Source: Octopus vulgaris
Lineage: Eukaryota
Length of the DNA: 64,000 nucleotides
Reading direction: 5' to 3'
Assembly: GCA_951406725.2 (NCBI GenBank)
Contig: OX597819.1
Location: forward strand, 48,050,001 to 48,114,000
Position 1 is the stretch's first letter, and each line of letters opens with the position of its first letter. This document shows positions 14,502-27,790 of this stretch, piece after piece. A model generated the notes under the pieces. The model ran no database searches. It was not told the origin of the DNA and saw only the letters and a program-made list of their open reading frames with translations. A program made the position numbers and the translations under genes.

Positions 14502-14814
14502 TTATGTGTGTGTCTGTGTATGCACCCCCCCCCCCACCATTGCTTGACAACCGAGTGTGTTTATGTCCCCGTAACTTAGCGGTTCAGTAAAAGAGACTGA
14601 TAGAATAAGTACCAAGCTTACAAAGAATAAGTCCTGGGGTCAATTCCTTCGACTAAAAGGTGGTGCTGTAGCATGGCCGCAGTCAAATGGCTGAAACAAG
14701 CAAAAGAGTAAGCAATTATCAAAATCATGAAGCTATGAGATAAAGCATAATCAATTCAAAACAATATGAATAAATAGGCATTCCATTTGACAGAGGAATC
14801 TGAACACTAAAGGG
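14240..14814 (+). mobile_element. TTAA-flanked (piggyBac-type) MITE interrupted by a SINE A
   Basis: ttaa|ccct...ctgaacactaaaggg|ttaa. The two halves join to match the intact copy at 51900-52117. Confidence 0.85.
14313..14712 (+). mobile_element. Full-length SINE A (tRNA head, internal microsatellite, tail 1)
   Basis: A box tggttgtgtgg, B box gggttcagttc, (GT)/(TA) linker, tail cagtcaaatggctgaaacaagcaaaagag. Confidence 0.92.
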
Positions 14815-15768
14815 TTAAATCACAAATGATGACAGTGTTAATGATACAAGCAATATTAAAGTACCGGGTTATTTAAAGGAATCATGACTATAATTGTTTA
14901 GGTTTCTCTGTTGAATGTCAAAAGTGAGTTTGGTACTTTAGATCACCTTATTTCAACACCTCTCAAGCAACACTTTGTGATCATGGAAAGAATATGATGA
15001 GGAATATGACTTGGGAAAGTATTTACACAGTTGTTGTTTTTTTTTTAATGCTTTGGTTTGGAGAAAGTTATGGTGTTCATGGCCTTGACAGCACTCAAGA
15101 CAGGTGAAATCAATGCACTAAGAACGCAGGTGGGATAGGTCAAGAAGGCTGGTGTTATGTGGAGGAAGGACTAAGGATGGTTGTTAATGTAGGGCCTGAG
15201 AGGCGGACATAATTCAGGTGATGAGAGAGAAGATGTAAATGATCTAGCAGTGTCTGAGTGGAGGTGATATAAGAGAGCAGAGAGAAAAGATACAATGAGA
15301 AGATAGTGTATCTGAGCTTGAGGTTGAAATGTGTTAGCAAGTTAGCTATCGACTTTGGCTACTTGTCTCCATTACTTTGTGTGTGTGTGTGTGTGTGTGG
15401 CAGGGAGCAACTTTGGTTATCTATGTGTAGTAGCTGCACTGACTTGCATATCATTGCATGTTTCACTTGAGCTTTGTAATGGGGTTAGTGATTGTATGTG
15501 GTGTGGGGACAAGTATTTTCAGTTTCCAAATAAGAATAACAGTGTCTGATTTGGGAATAACTCTCCCAACCCCATCAGTATTGGAGGCTCTGGAAAGAAT
15601 AAACATGCTGTTGATGTCCTATAATTTTTTTTCTTTTTATAAACTTTCAAGAGAACAGGATATAATTCTTGTTTGGAACAGTGAAATCTCCAAATCATAG
15701 AAAGCTATATTAAAAAAAAAAAGCATGTAAATATTGGGGTGAAAAACCCTTTCAGATAGAAAAAGTCA

Positions 15769-15847
15769 GTTACCTGTTGGACTCGAACCCACACCTCATG
15801 TAGACCTGACAGGTATTAGCTGTCCTTCTCACCCTGGCTAAACAGTA
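15769..15847 (-). pseudogene. tRNA-Leu/Ser-like relic (pseudogene or orphan SINE head)
   Basis: Minus strand reads tagccagggtgagaagg (A-box-like), a long variable-arm-like segment, gtgggttcgagtccaac (T arm/B box), then T5. Acceptor and anticodon stems are out of register. Confidence 0.45.
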
Positions 15848-16177
15848 AAAAAATATTCAAATACTAATGTAGACACGTTCTTTGCATGTGAGTATAAGAA
15901 GGAGATTGCTTGATGTGTTGATGATGATGTACAATCAACAGGAGAGATCTTCAGTGATGGTGAGGTTTAGCATTTATAACAATTTTGATATTAGCCCCTA
16001 TAGCAACTACTTTTATATGCTTTCACCAAAACATTACAGCAGCTAGCTGTATTCAAGGTGAATGGTATGGACGGTATTCTGTTGAGAATACACAAAATTT
16101 TAACAGCTACATGCTTAATAGTCATTTTAGCAATACAATTTTTAACTGGCAATTTATTGTCAAGCCATGTTCTTAAT

Positions 16178-16868
16178 CAGGGGTCAGTAAACTACAGTCC
16201 TTGGCCTGGTTTTATCTGGCCGACTTTATTGAATATGTGACATTGCATACAACAGTTCTTTCTTTATCTATCTTTGGTTAGTGAACAGTAAAATCCAGAC
16301 ATCTTATTTTTATTTTTGCAGTGGCCGTAAATGAATTAATGTTTTATATCAATACAAATAATGATGATGATTATTTAACTTGGTAAAAATAATTAATGTT
16401 TCCTCAGGTGTGATATACTTTAAGCAGTAAATGTTTTCACCTTCACAGATGACTGGAATAACAGACTAAAAGCATCTCATGCTGTTGCATTATAATTTAC
16501 ATGAAAACTCAAAAATAAGAATGGTGAGAGAGCTACAAAAAAAAAAGGGGGGGGGTTGCTTGTCCATTGAGGAAAGCAGGTAAACTGGCCAGTACTACGT
16601 TTACTCTGAAGTCACAATCACTTCCATTCACTCTAACTAAAAATATTTTAATTCATCACTGTATGCTGTATCATACACAGTGCAGACTAAATTTTTATGT
16701 CTTTAAATGTGTAGTGATTACTTCAATTACAACAGGTGGTATTAAAAAGAGAAAATAGAAGGAAATAAGTTGTATGATCATGGCTTCATTTGTTTTTATT
16801 CACTTTGGCCTGCAAAACACAAGAACATTTTAAATCCAGTCTACCTCCAAAACAGTTTGTTAACCATA
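16178..16868. mobile_element. Degenerate hAT/Charlie-like non-autonomous element
   Basis: Starts caggggtcagtaaactac...ggcc; decayed right TIR agtttgttaaccata; TSD-like ttcttaat/ctctaaat. Confidence 0.55.
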
Positions 16869-16869
16869 C

Positions 16870-17510
16870 TCTAAATGACAGGCCATGTACATGTCATTTT
16901 GAATTGTACACTTGTATATATGTTTTAGATGCAGAATTATATGTGCTCTAAAGATTTGGCCTGTATATGTTTTAAATGTCATAAATTATGTGCTTCTGCT
17001 CTAAAATGTCAGACTTGTATATGTTTTTAGATGTTAGAGAATGTATATGTGCTCTAAAGATCTGGCTTGTATGTATATGCAGGTTTTTGAGTATATGTTC
17101 TCAATACTAAATATGTGAGGGCACACTGTCTGATGTGTATGTATATGTTTTAAATGCCAGACTTATCTTTAAGTACTCTATATACCAGACTTGTCTGTAT
17201 GTGGCCCATATATGGATGTGTTCTAAATGCCAGATGCCTGTATATGGTTCCTAAATTATTTGTATGTCCTCTCATTGTCAGACTTGTGTGTATGCCCCCC
17301 CCCCACCATGTCTATCGCTCATGTCTTCTAAGTGATAGACATATGTATGTGTTTCCTAAATGTCAGACATGTGTATGCCATCTGAATATGTGATGTATAT
17401 GTATGTCTTCTATATGCCAGACATGCTTGTATGTACTCTATATGTCTGACTTATGTGTATGCTTTCTAAATGTCAGATTTGTATGTAGTTCTTTAAATGT
17501 CAAGCTTGTT
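16870..17510. repeat. Diverged minisatellite, ~25-32 bp unit (ctaaatgtcagacttgtgtatgtg-like), about 20 units
   Basis: Recurring (t)aaatg(t/c)cagac(t/a)tgt motif. Confidence 0.8.
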
Positions 17511-17633
17511 CCCTAAACATTGCAAGCATTTCAACCAGATCTCCATTTTAAGGGGAAGTTTCTACATTGCATCAATATTGAAGGCCCTGTATTGAAGAAA
17601 AACAAAATTGGCAAAGTTTCTCCCTCCCCACAA

Positions 17634-17670
<37 letters not shown>

Positions 17671-20409
17671 TAAGCATTTACTCTCTCTTTCTGTGTGAAA
17701 GAAGTTATTTGGCAAGTGACATCAAATTTTGGTGACTGTGGCATATATCCAGTAAGATCAAATTCGGTTTGTTTCTAATCAATGTTTTAACAGCTCAGAA
17801 AGAATCAAAGCAAAGGTGGGATTTGAGATCAGAACAATAATATTCTAAATATTAACTGCTGCAAAGCATCCATTTTGAATTTTTACTGATTCCATTCTTG
17901 CTATCCTTTATCCTCCAAAGCTCCACTCCCATCATTCATGCATGAAGCTCTCAGAAGTAATCACAGAATGAAGGCTTCAGGTGAATGAATACATAAAACA
18001 CTCTTTCATATATTGAATACACTTCCCTTTGTCTGTATATCCATCCTTTTGTTTGTATAGCCACCCCCATCCCCCCACACTCACATCCATAACACAAACA
18101 CAACCTCAAATCAAACAGGATCTGTTTTCTTTTAAGCCCTGCTGGCTTGCATACGAAAATTATGGAATGATGTTTAATGTATTCCTCTTGTCTGAAATAG
18201 AGCAGTCATGGTATAAATTTTCACAGTAGAGTGATTTTCACAACAGAAATGTCACTCCCCCCTCTCTTTCTCATTTGTATGTGTATCTGCTGTTTACCTC
18301 AATCAAGGCAAAGCAGAACAAAATGATTTCAATTCCAGGTGGAATTGAAATCATTTTGTGAATACTGTTTAATTACATCACTTGTATGCTACTGCCCATC
18401 TAGCTGTGGGTGTTATTTCAAATTTTCACCTGGTTTTCATTATTTTTTTGTTGTTGTTTTTGTTTATCCCTTCATATACATCCTTAGTTGAGGCTTACCA
18501 TACAATTCTGTGCACTCCTTGGAGAACATAGAACCATCGTCAAGAACATACTTACAAAGTTCATATAAAAGCAAATATGCTATTTCCTATATTTAGCTGC
18601 AATTTAAAGCCTCATTTAAATTATAAATTGGATTTAATTTTTATATATATTCTAGTGGGCGACATGTTCAAAAAGAAGCTATGCTCAGCCACTTGGAATA
18701 AAGCATTCATACACAAAACTGAGAGTGAAGCTATTTAATTCATAATCATTAGTCTAACAAAATATATTCTGTTTCGTCTACATGTTTGATGTGTGTGTGT
18801 AGTACATGTATATCTTTATCATAATTTTCAAATCTAAATAAATATTAAATATATAAATATATAGAATAATATTTGATAATGTGCTTTTGTAGCCAAGATG
18901 TTTCAGTTGAAATACATCTGTAAAGATTGCAGTACAATGAACAAAGAACTTGTCTGATAGCTAGACTCCTATTTTGAAAGTCCTATTTCACATGAGGTTC
19001 TTTGTTCTTTCTGACTATGTTTGACTTCTTTGTTGCATTCAATGTCCCAACCAACCATATGTGGTTTATTCTCCAGCAGCTGTGCTAGTTCAAAGTATTA
19101 TCTTTAACCCTTTTGTGAGTATATTTCTTAATGGAGAGAGTGCCTTAAGTGTTTTCAATTGATTTTCAATACAGTGAAGACATTGGTGGGATTTTATTTA
19201 AATATCTGTATCTCCAGATATCAGTTCACTATATTGTTGTCGATGTTGACTAACTGAAAATCTCATTATCATTCGTGTTTTTGGCTTGAGGTTTCAATTT
19301 TAAATGTACACAAATATATATCAGGCAGTCTTGAGGGTTGAAATTAAAAGTTGGTTTAAAGTATTTTATAAATAGATGTATATCACCTCATCACAGAAAA
19401 CAAACAAAAACGAAAAAGATTTTAAGATTTTGTTTGCTTTTTTTGCCTATATTAATACTTTCATATGATATGTAAAAGATGTTTAGTGCAAATTTCATGT
19501 TTGTATTGGATAAGATTAACAAATTTGAAAATTCAGTTTGTTTTTTTTTCTCTTTTTCTTTCTTTCTCTGTTTCTTTCCCAGATTTCATTTTATGTTCAG
19601 AATTCAGATAGATGAAATAGAATGTCTGTTATTCCTGTTCTAGTTTGCTATCCTTGTTTTGTTGTATTTAAATTAATTGGATTTTTTTTTTGTAATAATT
19701 TTAGATTTGCTGTATTATTGAAGTGTGTTTATCCTTTCTGGGGAATATTAGATTTCAGCTGATTTTAGCACGATATTGAGTTTTGCTTTATACATATATT
19801 TGTCTTGTTTCAATATCTGTGTTAGAAATAAACTTTATCTCTAAGGTATTTATGTTTGCATGTGAGAAAGAAAGAAAGAGGGAGAGGTGGAGGGTTAGCA
19901 ATCTACTTATTTTCACCATGAAAGGTATTTTTGCTAGAAGTATGAAACTCAAAGGTTCAGTTTAGAAATTAAATTAGAAATATGGTGACGAATAATAAAT
20001 TAATATTTAAAGCCTTCTAACAGCTATTATATTTGTAGAATAATTCTTGCTACTCTAAATGAACCTTCATTTTTTATTAATTACAGATTAAAATTTCAAG
20101 TGAGTGGAAATTTAGTTATGTTTGTATAGTGAAATGTTTAATTTAGATTCTGGAGAAATACTAATTAGTTGAGGTGAGTAGATAGAATTTTCAAGAGTTG
20201 TAGTTTTGGGGAAGAAAGACAGCACATGTCCTCAAGTGAAAGGACATAAAAAACTAAGACTTAATGATAATGGTGTATATCAAAAAAGATGATAAGACTA
20301 ATGGTTACTTTGGTGTTCAATCATGTCTAGAGGGGAAATTATAATAGCATTAATAGAAATAATCAAAATAAATACTCCAAGAATTGAAACATGTTACTGA
20401 ATAAGGACT

Positions 20410-20590
20410 GATGCTGTTAAGCTCACAGGTTCACCCTGATAAGGCAACCATATGATCAAAAGTATTCCAGCTATGATCATCTTGTTTTTATTCAATTATG
20501 ATATATCTAGGAGAGCATTTCACTATGTGTCCTGCCTTTCTTACGATAGTAGATGCTAGTCTGAGGCAGATATGGCTGCTGTTTCTAGCT
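20410..20590 (-). mobile_element. Family C copy
   Basis: atgatcaaaagtattccagctatgatcatc...tatctagg...ctgaggcagatatggctgctgtttctagc. Confidence 0.75.
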
Positions 20591-20599
20591 ATGTAATTC

Positions 20600-21000
20600 A
20601 TCATCCTCATCATAATTTGTCTTGCCCATTTATTTCTCTGCTGGCATGGTTTAAATGAAACTTGTTCAAGGCAGATTTTCTACAGCTGGATGCTCTTCCT
20701 GTCATCAACTCCTGCCTATTTTTCAAATAAAATATTTTTCATCCCACAGTTCTTGCATTTGTACTGAACTGAATTATCAAACATCTGTTTAGTGGAGAAT
20801 GCACAATGTCACCTTTTTTGCCATGATGATGTAAATGAAAATGTGTAATTAGCATTCACACATATGCTTACACACATGCAATGGGGCTTCAATGTAGTTT
20901 CTGTCTATCAGTTCTATTCACAAGGCATTAGTCAACTTGGGGCTACACTTGTAGACACTTATCTAAGATGCCATGTAGTGGTGACAAACCTAAAACCACA
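20600..21000 (-). mobile_element. SINE A head with RTE-like tail (degenerate)
   Basis: ggcagattttctacagctggatgctcttcctg plus a reverse head at ~20885-21000. Confidence 0.65.
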
Positions 21001-22577
21001 CTCTTTCCTGTACACAAATATAAAAGTTTCCCCGTCAAATTGACAGGGCATTTCTTTGTATATGATCTATGATGCTAATGATTACATTCTGAGCAGCAGT
21101 TGTTTACTACTTAAATATGAGGTAGAGTATGGTTACATACAGAGTGAAGAAGAATTTTCATGACTGATATACTGTTTCAGATATATAAAGAGATGAATTC
21201 AAGAGGAGTAGCCCTAAATTTCTGGTTCATAAAATCTAGGATGTGAAATGCTCTCAGAAGATTAATTATGTAGATTTGTTTAATTAAAATTTATTAATTC
21301 TTCAATACCAGAATAAACGAGAGCATTTTTTACAGGAGAGAGAAAAAGAACAGTTCTTACACCACAGAACCATTACATACATCTAAAAATAAACAATAAC
21401 TGTTAAATTTACTTTTCATTTATTTCTCGAGATGTCAAAATTTATGACACATCATGGTGACCTGGTCATTCTCATAGTTCCATTGTACTTCAAGAAATAA
21501 AAGTGAATTTAATAATTTTTATGTGCTTTTAGATGACTAAAGTGGATTTTCCATAATGTAATTGCTTCAGTTTTAGTCCACAGTCTCGGATCAGTTCACT
21601 TAGTAGACAATCAATGTCAGAAAAGGAGTAAAGAAGACGGATCTTATTACTTAAAATTCTATAAAAGAATATCTGAATTTCAATAAAAACAAAGTAATGT
21701 ATAGATATTCTTGAAGACTCAGTCATTTTCTCTTTCTAACACAAAAATTATGGGGTCAGAAGATCAAGCCCAGTTGTTAAGAGTTAAATTTAAAAGCAAC
21801 ATTACTTCGAAGTAAACATTACTTCATTCATAATGCATATCAGAGGATATGAAAAAATACTATTAGATACAGAGGTTATTTCCATTAAATTTGGAAAATA
21901 ACATTTATTATTAGAGATATGACATGCAGCATGTCATACAACATTCAGTTAGATAGTTATTTAATTTGTATGAGAAGTTGTCAATGAAGTCCTCCTCAGA
22001 CTAATGCATTAATTCACTGAGAGCATATTCTGTTATCCAGGTAATCTGTTTGATAATAGGTCTTAGTGTAAAGTTGATGGAATAAAATTTACAGATGTAT
22101 TGCCTTTGTTCTTGACAAAAGAATCTCTTTTTCACAAATAATAAAACTTTATGATACCTTTGTCAAAAGTGCTATGGTGGATAGCTGTGAAACATAAACA
22201 ACAAAGATGGAAGGAAGACATACAGTGACTGATAATACATATGTATGTTAAACTATGAATGCAGCTCAGAAATTTTGGTCGATGTCCACTGAATAGGCAG
22301 GAGGAAATGAGAGCTCATAAATAACCTGACAAGCTGTGTGTGTGTTGCTGCTGCTACTATTGCTGTAGCGTATGATTGTTGTTGTATGGATCTTTATAAC
22401 AATATGCCAAGATGATAAGGAAGAGGATGTCAAAGTATTTCAATTTTATTTCTGTTATAAGTCAATATAATGACTTCAGATACCATTTCAAATTAAGCCA
22501 TTTCTTTTTTGTTGACTGTATTATGTATAAACAGTGTAAAACTGATAAATCAATAATTTGTTCTGATATCTTAATGT

Positions 22578-25400
22578 CGTTTATTGTTGTTGTTGTTCGG
22601 TAGTCTTATTTTAAATGCGTGCTTTCACTACATCACTAAGCACAGTTGTGTGCACCTGGGTATGTGCAGTGTTTTGTTTTGGTTTTGTATGTTATATTGT
22701 ATTGACAATACTCTAAATGTATACATTGCTTAGTATTAGCTTCTATATGTTATATATATGTGTAAGTCCTGAGGTTGGTTATTTACCTGTCTATATATTT
22801 TTTAACCATTCGTAAGGCACCTGCCTATACTACCACAAGGATTGCTTCTGTTTTTTAATCTCAACATTCTGGTTATGTTTATTTCCAGATCTTCATATTT
22901 GGATAATTTCTTCGTTTCCTTTAGAGATACATTATTGTCTGCTGGAACTATTACTTTCTTTAGGAGGCACTTCTTTTGCTGATGTTCTTTGACAAAAACA
23001 TCCTATTATTATATTTCAGCTTTGATCCCTCTGTCTGTGTAAATTGGCACACCCCAGAGTATGGTTGCTTTGTCATTCTATGAAAAAAAATTTTCAGGTG
23101 TATGATGTTTATGCCACCTCTTTTCTATTGGTATTTTTTAATGTTAGCATAATTTCTTGTTTATGAAAGCCCCAAATCTGTCACGGTTATAAATGTATTC
23201 TCTTTTGGCTGAAGTTCAACAGCCAGAGACAGGTAGGGTTTCTTCCCAACCTCCATGTATTTTGCATTTACCTAATGTGTTTTGTTTCATTACATACTTG
23301 TGTCTGATGGGAAGTCTTTGAGCTGGTGTAGCAAGTTTTTGGTGGGGAATGTTTTGATTCTGTGTAGCAATCAAGTCTCAGCTTTTGAGTCCTGTACATC
23401 ACAGTGCTAAGATATTTCTTTGTCTTTCTCCTCCATACTCAGTCTTTTAGTATGGCATTCTGTAGCCTCATTTTTTTTGCTTAGCTTTTAGTTGTTTCAA
23501 AATTTCTTTTGTTACTTCTTTTTTTTTTTTTACATAGTTGTATATCCCTTCACTCTCTCTGTATTAGTTTTCTAATAATCTTCACTAAATATGTTAGTAG
23601 TCCTACATCACTAAATATGTTAGTAGTCCTACATCATTAACTGATGATGATGAATGAGTATTATTTTATAGTTGTTTTTTTTATGTATAAGTCCTGTCTT
23701 TCTTGGTAAAGATACTTATATCAGATTGCGGGTGGTATATACTAAATAATGTTTTTATTTTATTCTTTTTCTGTCTAGTTTTGCTAATTCTTTTAGCCTT
23801 CAGTTGAGAATATTATAATTGCAATTACATTTATTCTGTTTTAAGTACTAATCTAATGCATTTACAATATCTCCTCCTAGTCATTTCTTCCATTTGCATT
23901 TATTGTACTCTATTTCATTGATTCCTAAGTATTTGTAAACCTCCATTTGGGCTAATTCTCTTTTCTCCGGTTCTTTATCTAAACATGACATTGATATTCT
24001 TAATTGATTCTCCTTGAGGTTACCTTGGTTCATTTTTCTAATCTGAATTTCACCTCAGTTGTTCTAGAGAATCTGTATACTATCTGTAGCAGTGTTTCAA
24101 TTTGTTTATAGTCTATAGCATACAACTTAACATCATCAATGTACAAAAAATGGTTGAATGATCTCCTCTGTATCACATTTATATCCAAGTCTGTCTTAAT
24201 ATATTTGATAAATGCATAAGCATCAAACACAAAAACAATGCATAGAAAGAAATTCCCTTAGATTATTTATCTTCTAACAGAGATGCAGTTAGTTTTAGTA
24301 AATCCTCTTTGTTTTGTGAGGGGTGGGGTATCTATCTCCAGGCTTATGGGTATTATCTTACACATGGCTGATGTTTTCAAGATCCCACATGTAGAGGAAT
24401 ACTGTCGAGAGCCTCTTAACAGTCACCCATGCCAAGCTCAAGCCTTTGTTCCTCCATCTTATAGTCTTTTGTTGATCTTTACAGCCAAAAGGGTCTTTCA
24501 AGCACCCCTTCTGTTTTTCTAGAAGTATGTTGTCCTTTCCTCCCTACTCCAGATATTTTTTTTATCTTCTGCGATATTATTGCAGTGCTATGGCTTTATA
24601 AGCTGTAAGAAGGCAGCTTATGAGTATAATCTTTAGAGTTTGTTATTTCATCAGTCTTAGGTATTAAAAGAGTTTCCCCACTAGTGTGCCAATCAGTTGT
24701 TGTCTCCTGCTCTTTCAACATCTTAATAAACATATCTGCTTACACTGTGTGCCCCTGTTTAAGGCTAACCAGTAGTTTGGGATTTTATAAATTCCTGTTG
24801 CCTTCCAGTTGTTTAGTTTTTGTAACATCTGGCCTACTTCTTCTGTTGATATGGCCACCCACAGTTGTTCAGGTGCTGTGTTTGTTATTTTGAACAAGTA
24901 TGTTCCTGTTGATTTCTTTGCTGTCCATGCTCCTCCCTAGAATTCTTCAATCTCTGTTGTTATATTGATTTCTCTTGGATTTTAACCTACATCTTGATAA
25001 AATTGTTTTACTCTGGAGTCAAGCTATTTCCTTCAAAGAATCATTACTTTTCATTCTGATGAATTCTTTGCCATATAGTGAGAACTTCTTGTTTGAAGAG
25101 GGATTTCTTTGATTTTAGGTGCATTTTTTATGTTCTTTAACACATGTTTTTCTCTTCATTGCTGTCTTTTATTGATTTCAATAAGGATTTAGAGATCTTT
25201 CTTCTTATTTTTCTATCCTTTTCTGCATTTGTTTTCCATGTTGCTTGCTTAGGTATTGCTATTTCTATAGGAGAGAATCTGAAGAAGTAGCAAAATTCCT
25301 TTGTAAGTACTTTTCCCACTGGATATATTATTTTGTTTAACCTGGTGATATTACCTTTCATATCAGTTTTCATTAAGTCTGCAGTGGCCAGGTTTATGGG
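22578..25400 (-). mobile_element. Decayed R4/Dong-type LINE (RT plus restriction-like endonuclease)
   Basis: Minus-strand fragments HFLYIDDVKLYA...FSRTTEVKFRLEK (YMDDLKLY...FGLEKC type), LNNWKATG, and VIVPADNNVSLKETKKLSKYEDLEINITRM (RLE region). (CAA/TAA)n tail at ~22580-22596. Many stops and frameshifts. Confidence 0.85.
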
Positions 25401-25762
25401 AAGGTTTTTTTTTTTGCTACTATTTCATTCGGTTATATCCTTGAGAAGTGCTTTTGTTGATCCTTATGAAGATGTATTGATTATAATAATTTAATTATAT
25501 TTCTACCTTTAGGTTATTATGTTCATACTTTGCATCTTTTGGATTTTCTATTCTGAAACTCTTAGAAGTTTTATTATTTACTTCGTTTTGTATGTGTTAA
25601 GTTTATTTTTATACTTTACAGTTTTATTGTTTATATTTTTGTTTGACTTTGTGTTTGACTATGTATTTTTGTTTTTTAAATGTTCTGCTCCATTTTCTGG
25701 TATTTGTTTGGTTTTTAGAATGTATATTTATAAGTTAGTTAAAGATCCCATGTTACATTTAG

Positions 25763-25945
25763 TTGACCTTCCAGCATTCATACTACATTTCCAAATGTAA
25801 TGCTTATTTATTCAACTTGTTTTAAATCAATCATCCGTTAAATTGTAGCTTTGTGATTTCAATGATGTGAATGTTTATTTTTGAATGACATTGTAGGGTA
25901 AGAGTAAAAGGTTGGATCTGGCCAATTTGAATATAAAACAGGTAA
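25763..25945 (-). mobile_element. Truncated copy of the TTAA MITE family
   Basis: cagcattca...aaatgtaatgcttatttattca...gaatgacattgtagggt...tataaaacaggta. Confidence 0.75.
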
Positions 25946-26512
25946 TCCATCCTGGGCAATGCTGTTATTAGGACAGCACTATTGGATCTGCTGTATAAGC
26001 CAGTAATAAGGAGCAGGGTGGGGGTGGAACTCAAGGTTTGCTATGGGCAGCACACACTTTAGCTACTCCACAGCTGCTCTTTTATTTATGAGACTCAAGG
26101 AGTAAAGTTTAGCCCTTTATTTTAGATTGTCATCATTTTCATTTGATATTGGTTTGTTTGTTTCTAACAGTGTCAAGTTTTACATGCTCCATTTTCACCC
26201 CCCCCCCCCCCATTTTGGTATAAAATTGAAAGTACATATTTCTCTTTTTATCATGGACTGAATGATAAGTTGTTTTTCTTTTTTGCTTATTTGTGCTTCT
26301 TTTTTTTTTAGTGGGGTTAAGTCAGTTTGGTATTAATATGATTCACATTTCATTAGCTTGTTTTTATACCTGGTATCCAATCATCAACCAGTATGTGCAT
26401 TTACATACAATACATTTAATTAAGGATAAGTAAATTTCACTGTTGTATTACTTACACAGTTATCTTCAGCTATTATGTATTTTCTACATGATTTTTGGTA
26501 ATATAGAGTGAG

Positions 26513-27790
26513 GGCAGCAAGCTGGCAGAATCATTAGCATACTGGGCAAAATGCTTAGCGGTATTTCGCCTGCCATTACATTCTGAGTTCAAACTCCGCT
26601 GAGGTTGACTTTACATTTCATCCTTTCGGGGTCAATTAAATAAGTACTAGTTGCACACTGGGGTCAATGTAATCAACTTAATCCTTTTATCTGTCCTTGT
26701 TTGTCTCCTCTATGTTTAGCCCCCTTTGGGTAATAAAGAAATAAATATAGAGTATGTGTTGCATGAATATAATTCAAATAGAACATGTACTATAAAAGTT
26801 GTGCAATTGAGCTGTGAGGGTCTTACACACAGTGCATGTTTGGTTCATGTTCTTTATCATACCAAGTGCATCAAGTATTATTGTATTTACTTCCATATAA
26901 TATATATTACTAATTTCTGTATCAAGATCATAACCACTTTCTCGGTGATGTTTTGGTCAGAATTGATTGAGATGTCTAGAGTACAGATTTTTTTAATTTT
27001 TAGTTCTTAACTGGCCAAGCAAGTCCCAGTTTATTGGAGGGACATATTTATACCATTTCTTCTCAGTTTTCATGTCAAAGTGATGGCATATTGCTCAAAG
27101 GGCATAGTTGCCAACTTACTTATGTCTGTGGATAAACTCTGATTCTGTAAGCACTGGATAGCAAGGATTGATGTAGACAATTATTACTGAAATAATTAGA
27201 GAATACCAGTCATGTATTGGGGTCAATGGTTTTGGCTAACTTCTCCCCTCAAAATTGCAGGCCCTGTGCCAAAATTAGAAAGAATTGTTGTTGTTGTTAC
27301 TGTTATCATCACAGTCATCTAAGCATGGCATGCTGGTAGAATTGTTAGCATACTGGACAAAATGCCTTGTGGCACTTCTTCCAGCTTTACATTCTGAGTT
27401 CAAATTCCACCAAGGTTCACTTCGCCGTTCATCCTTTCAAGTTTGGTAAAATAAGTAAGTACCAGCTGAGTACTGAGTCAATGTGATCAACTATACTCTC
27501 CCCAAAAATCTTAGGCCTTGTGGCTTTTTTATTATTATTATAGGGCGGCGAGCTGAAATGCTTTGTGGTATTTCGTCCGCTGTCTTCATGTTCTGATTTC
27601 AAATTCTGCCGAGGTTGACTTTGCCTTTTATCCTTTCGGGGTCAATTAAATAAGTACCAGTTATACACTGAGGTCAATGTAATTGACTTAATCCCATCTC
27701 CCAAATTTGAGGCCTTGTGCTTCCAGGAGAAAGGATTATCATCATTATTATTATTAGTTGTAGTAGTACTATTACTACTACTATTATTAC
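26513..27790 (+). mobile_element. Cluster of four same-orientation SINE B copies (26513-26745, ~27210-27300, 27325-27540, 27543-27790)
   Basis: Head gctggcagaatc(a/g)ttagca, B box gagttcaaa(t/c)tcc, core gactttgcctttcatcctttcggggtc...taagtaccag, (TTA)/(GTT) tails. Confidence 0.88.

Noticed and set aside
16870-17510. Repeat-spacer appearance resembling a CRISPR array
   Set aside because: Eukaryotic intron, degenerate repeats, spacers related to each other, no cas genes. It is a minisatellite.
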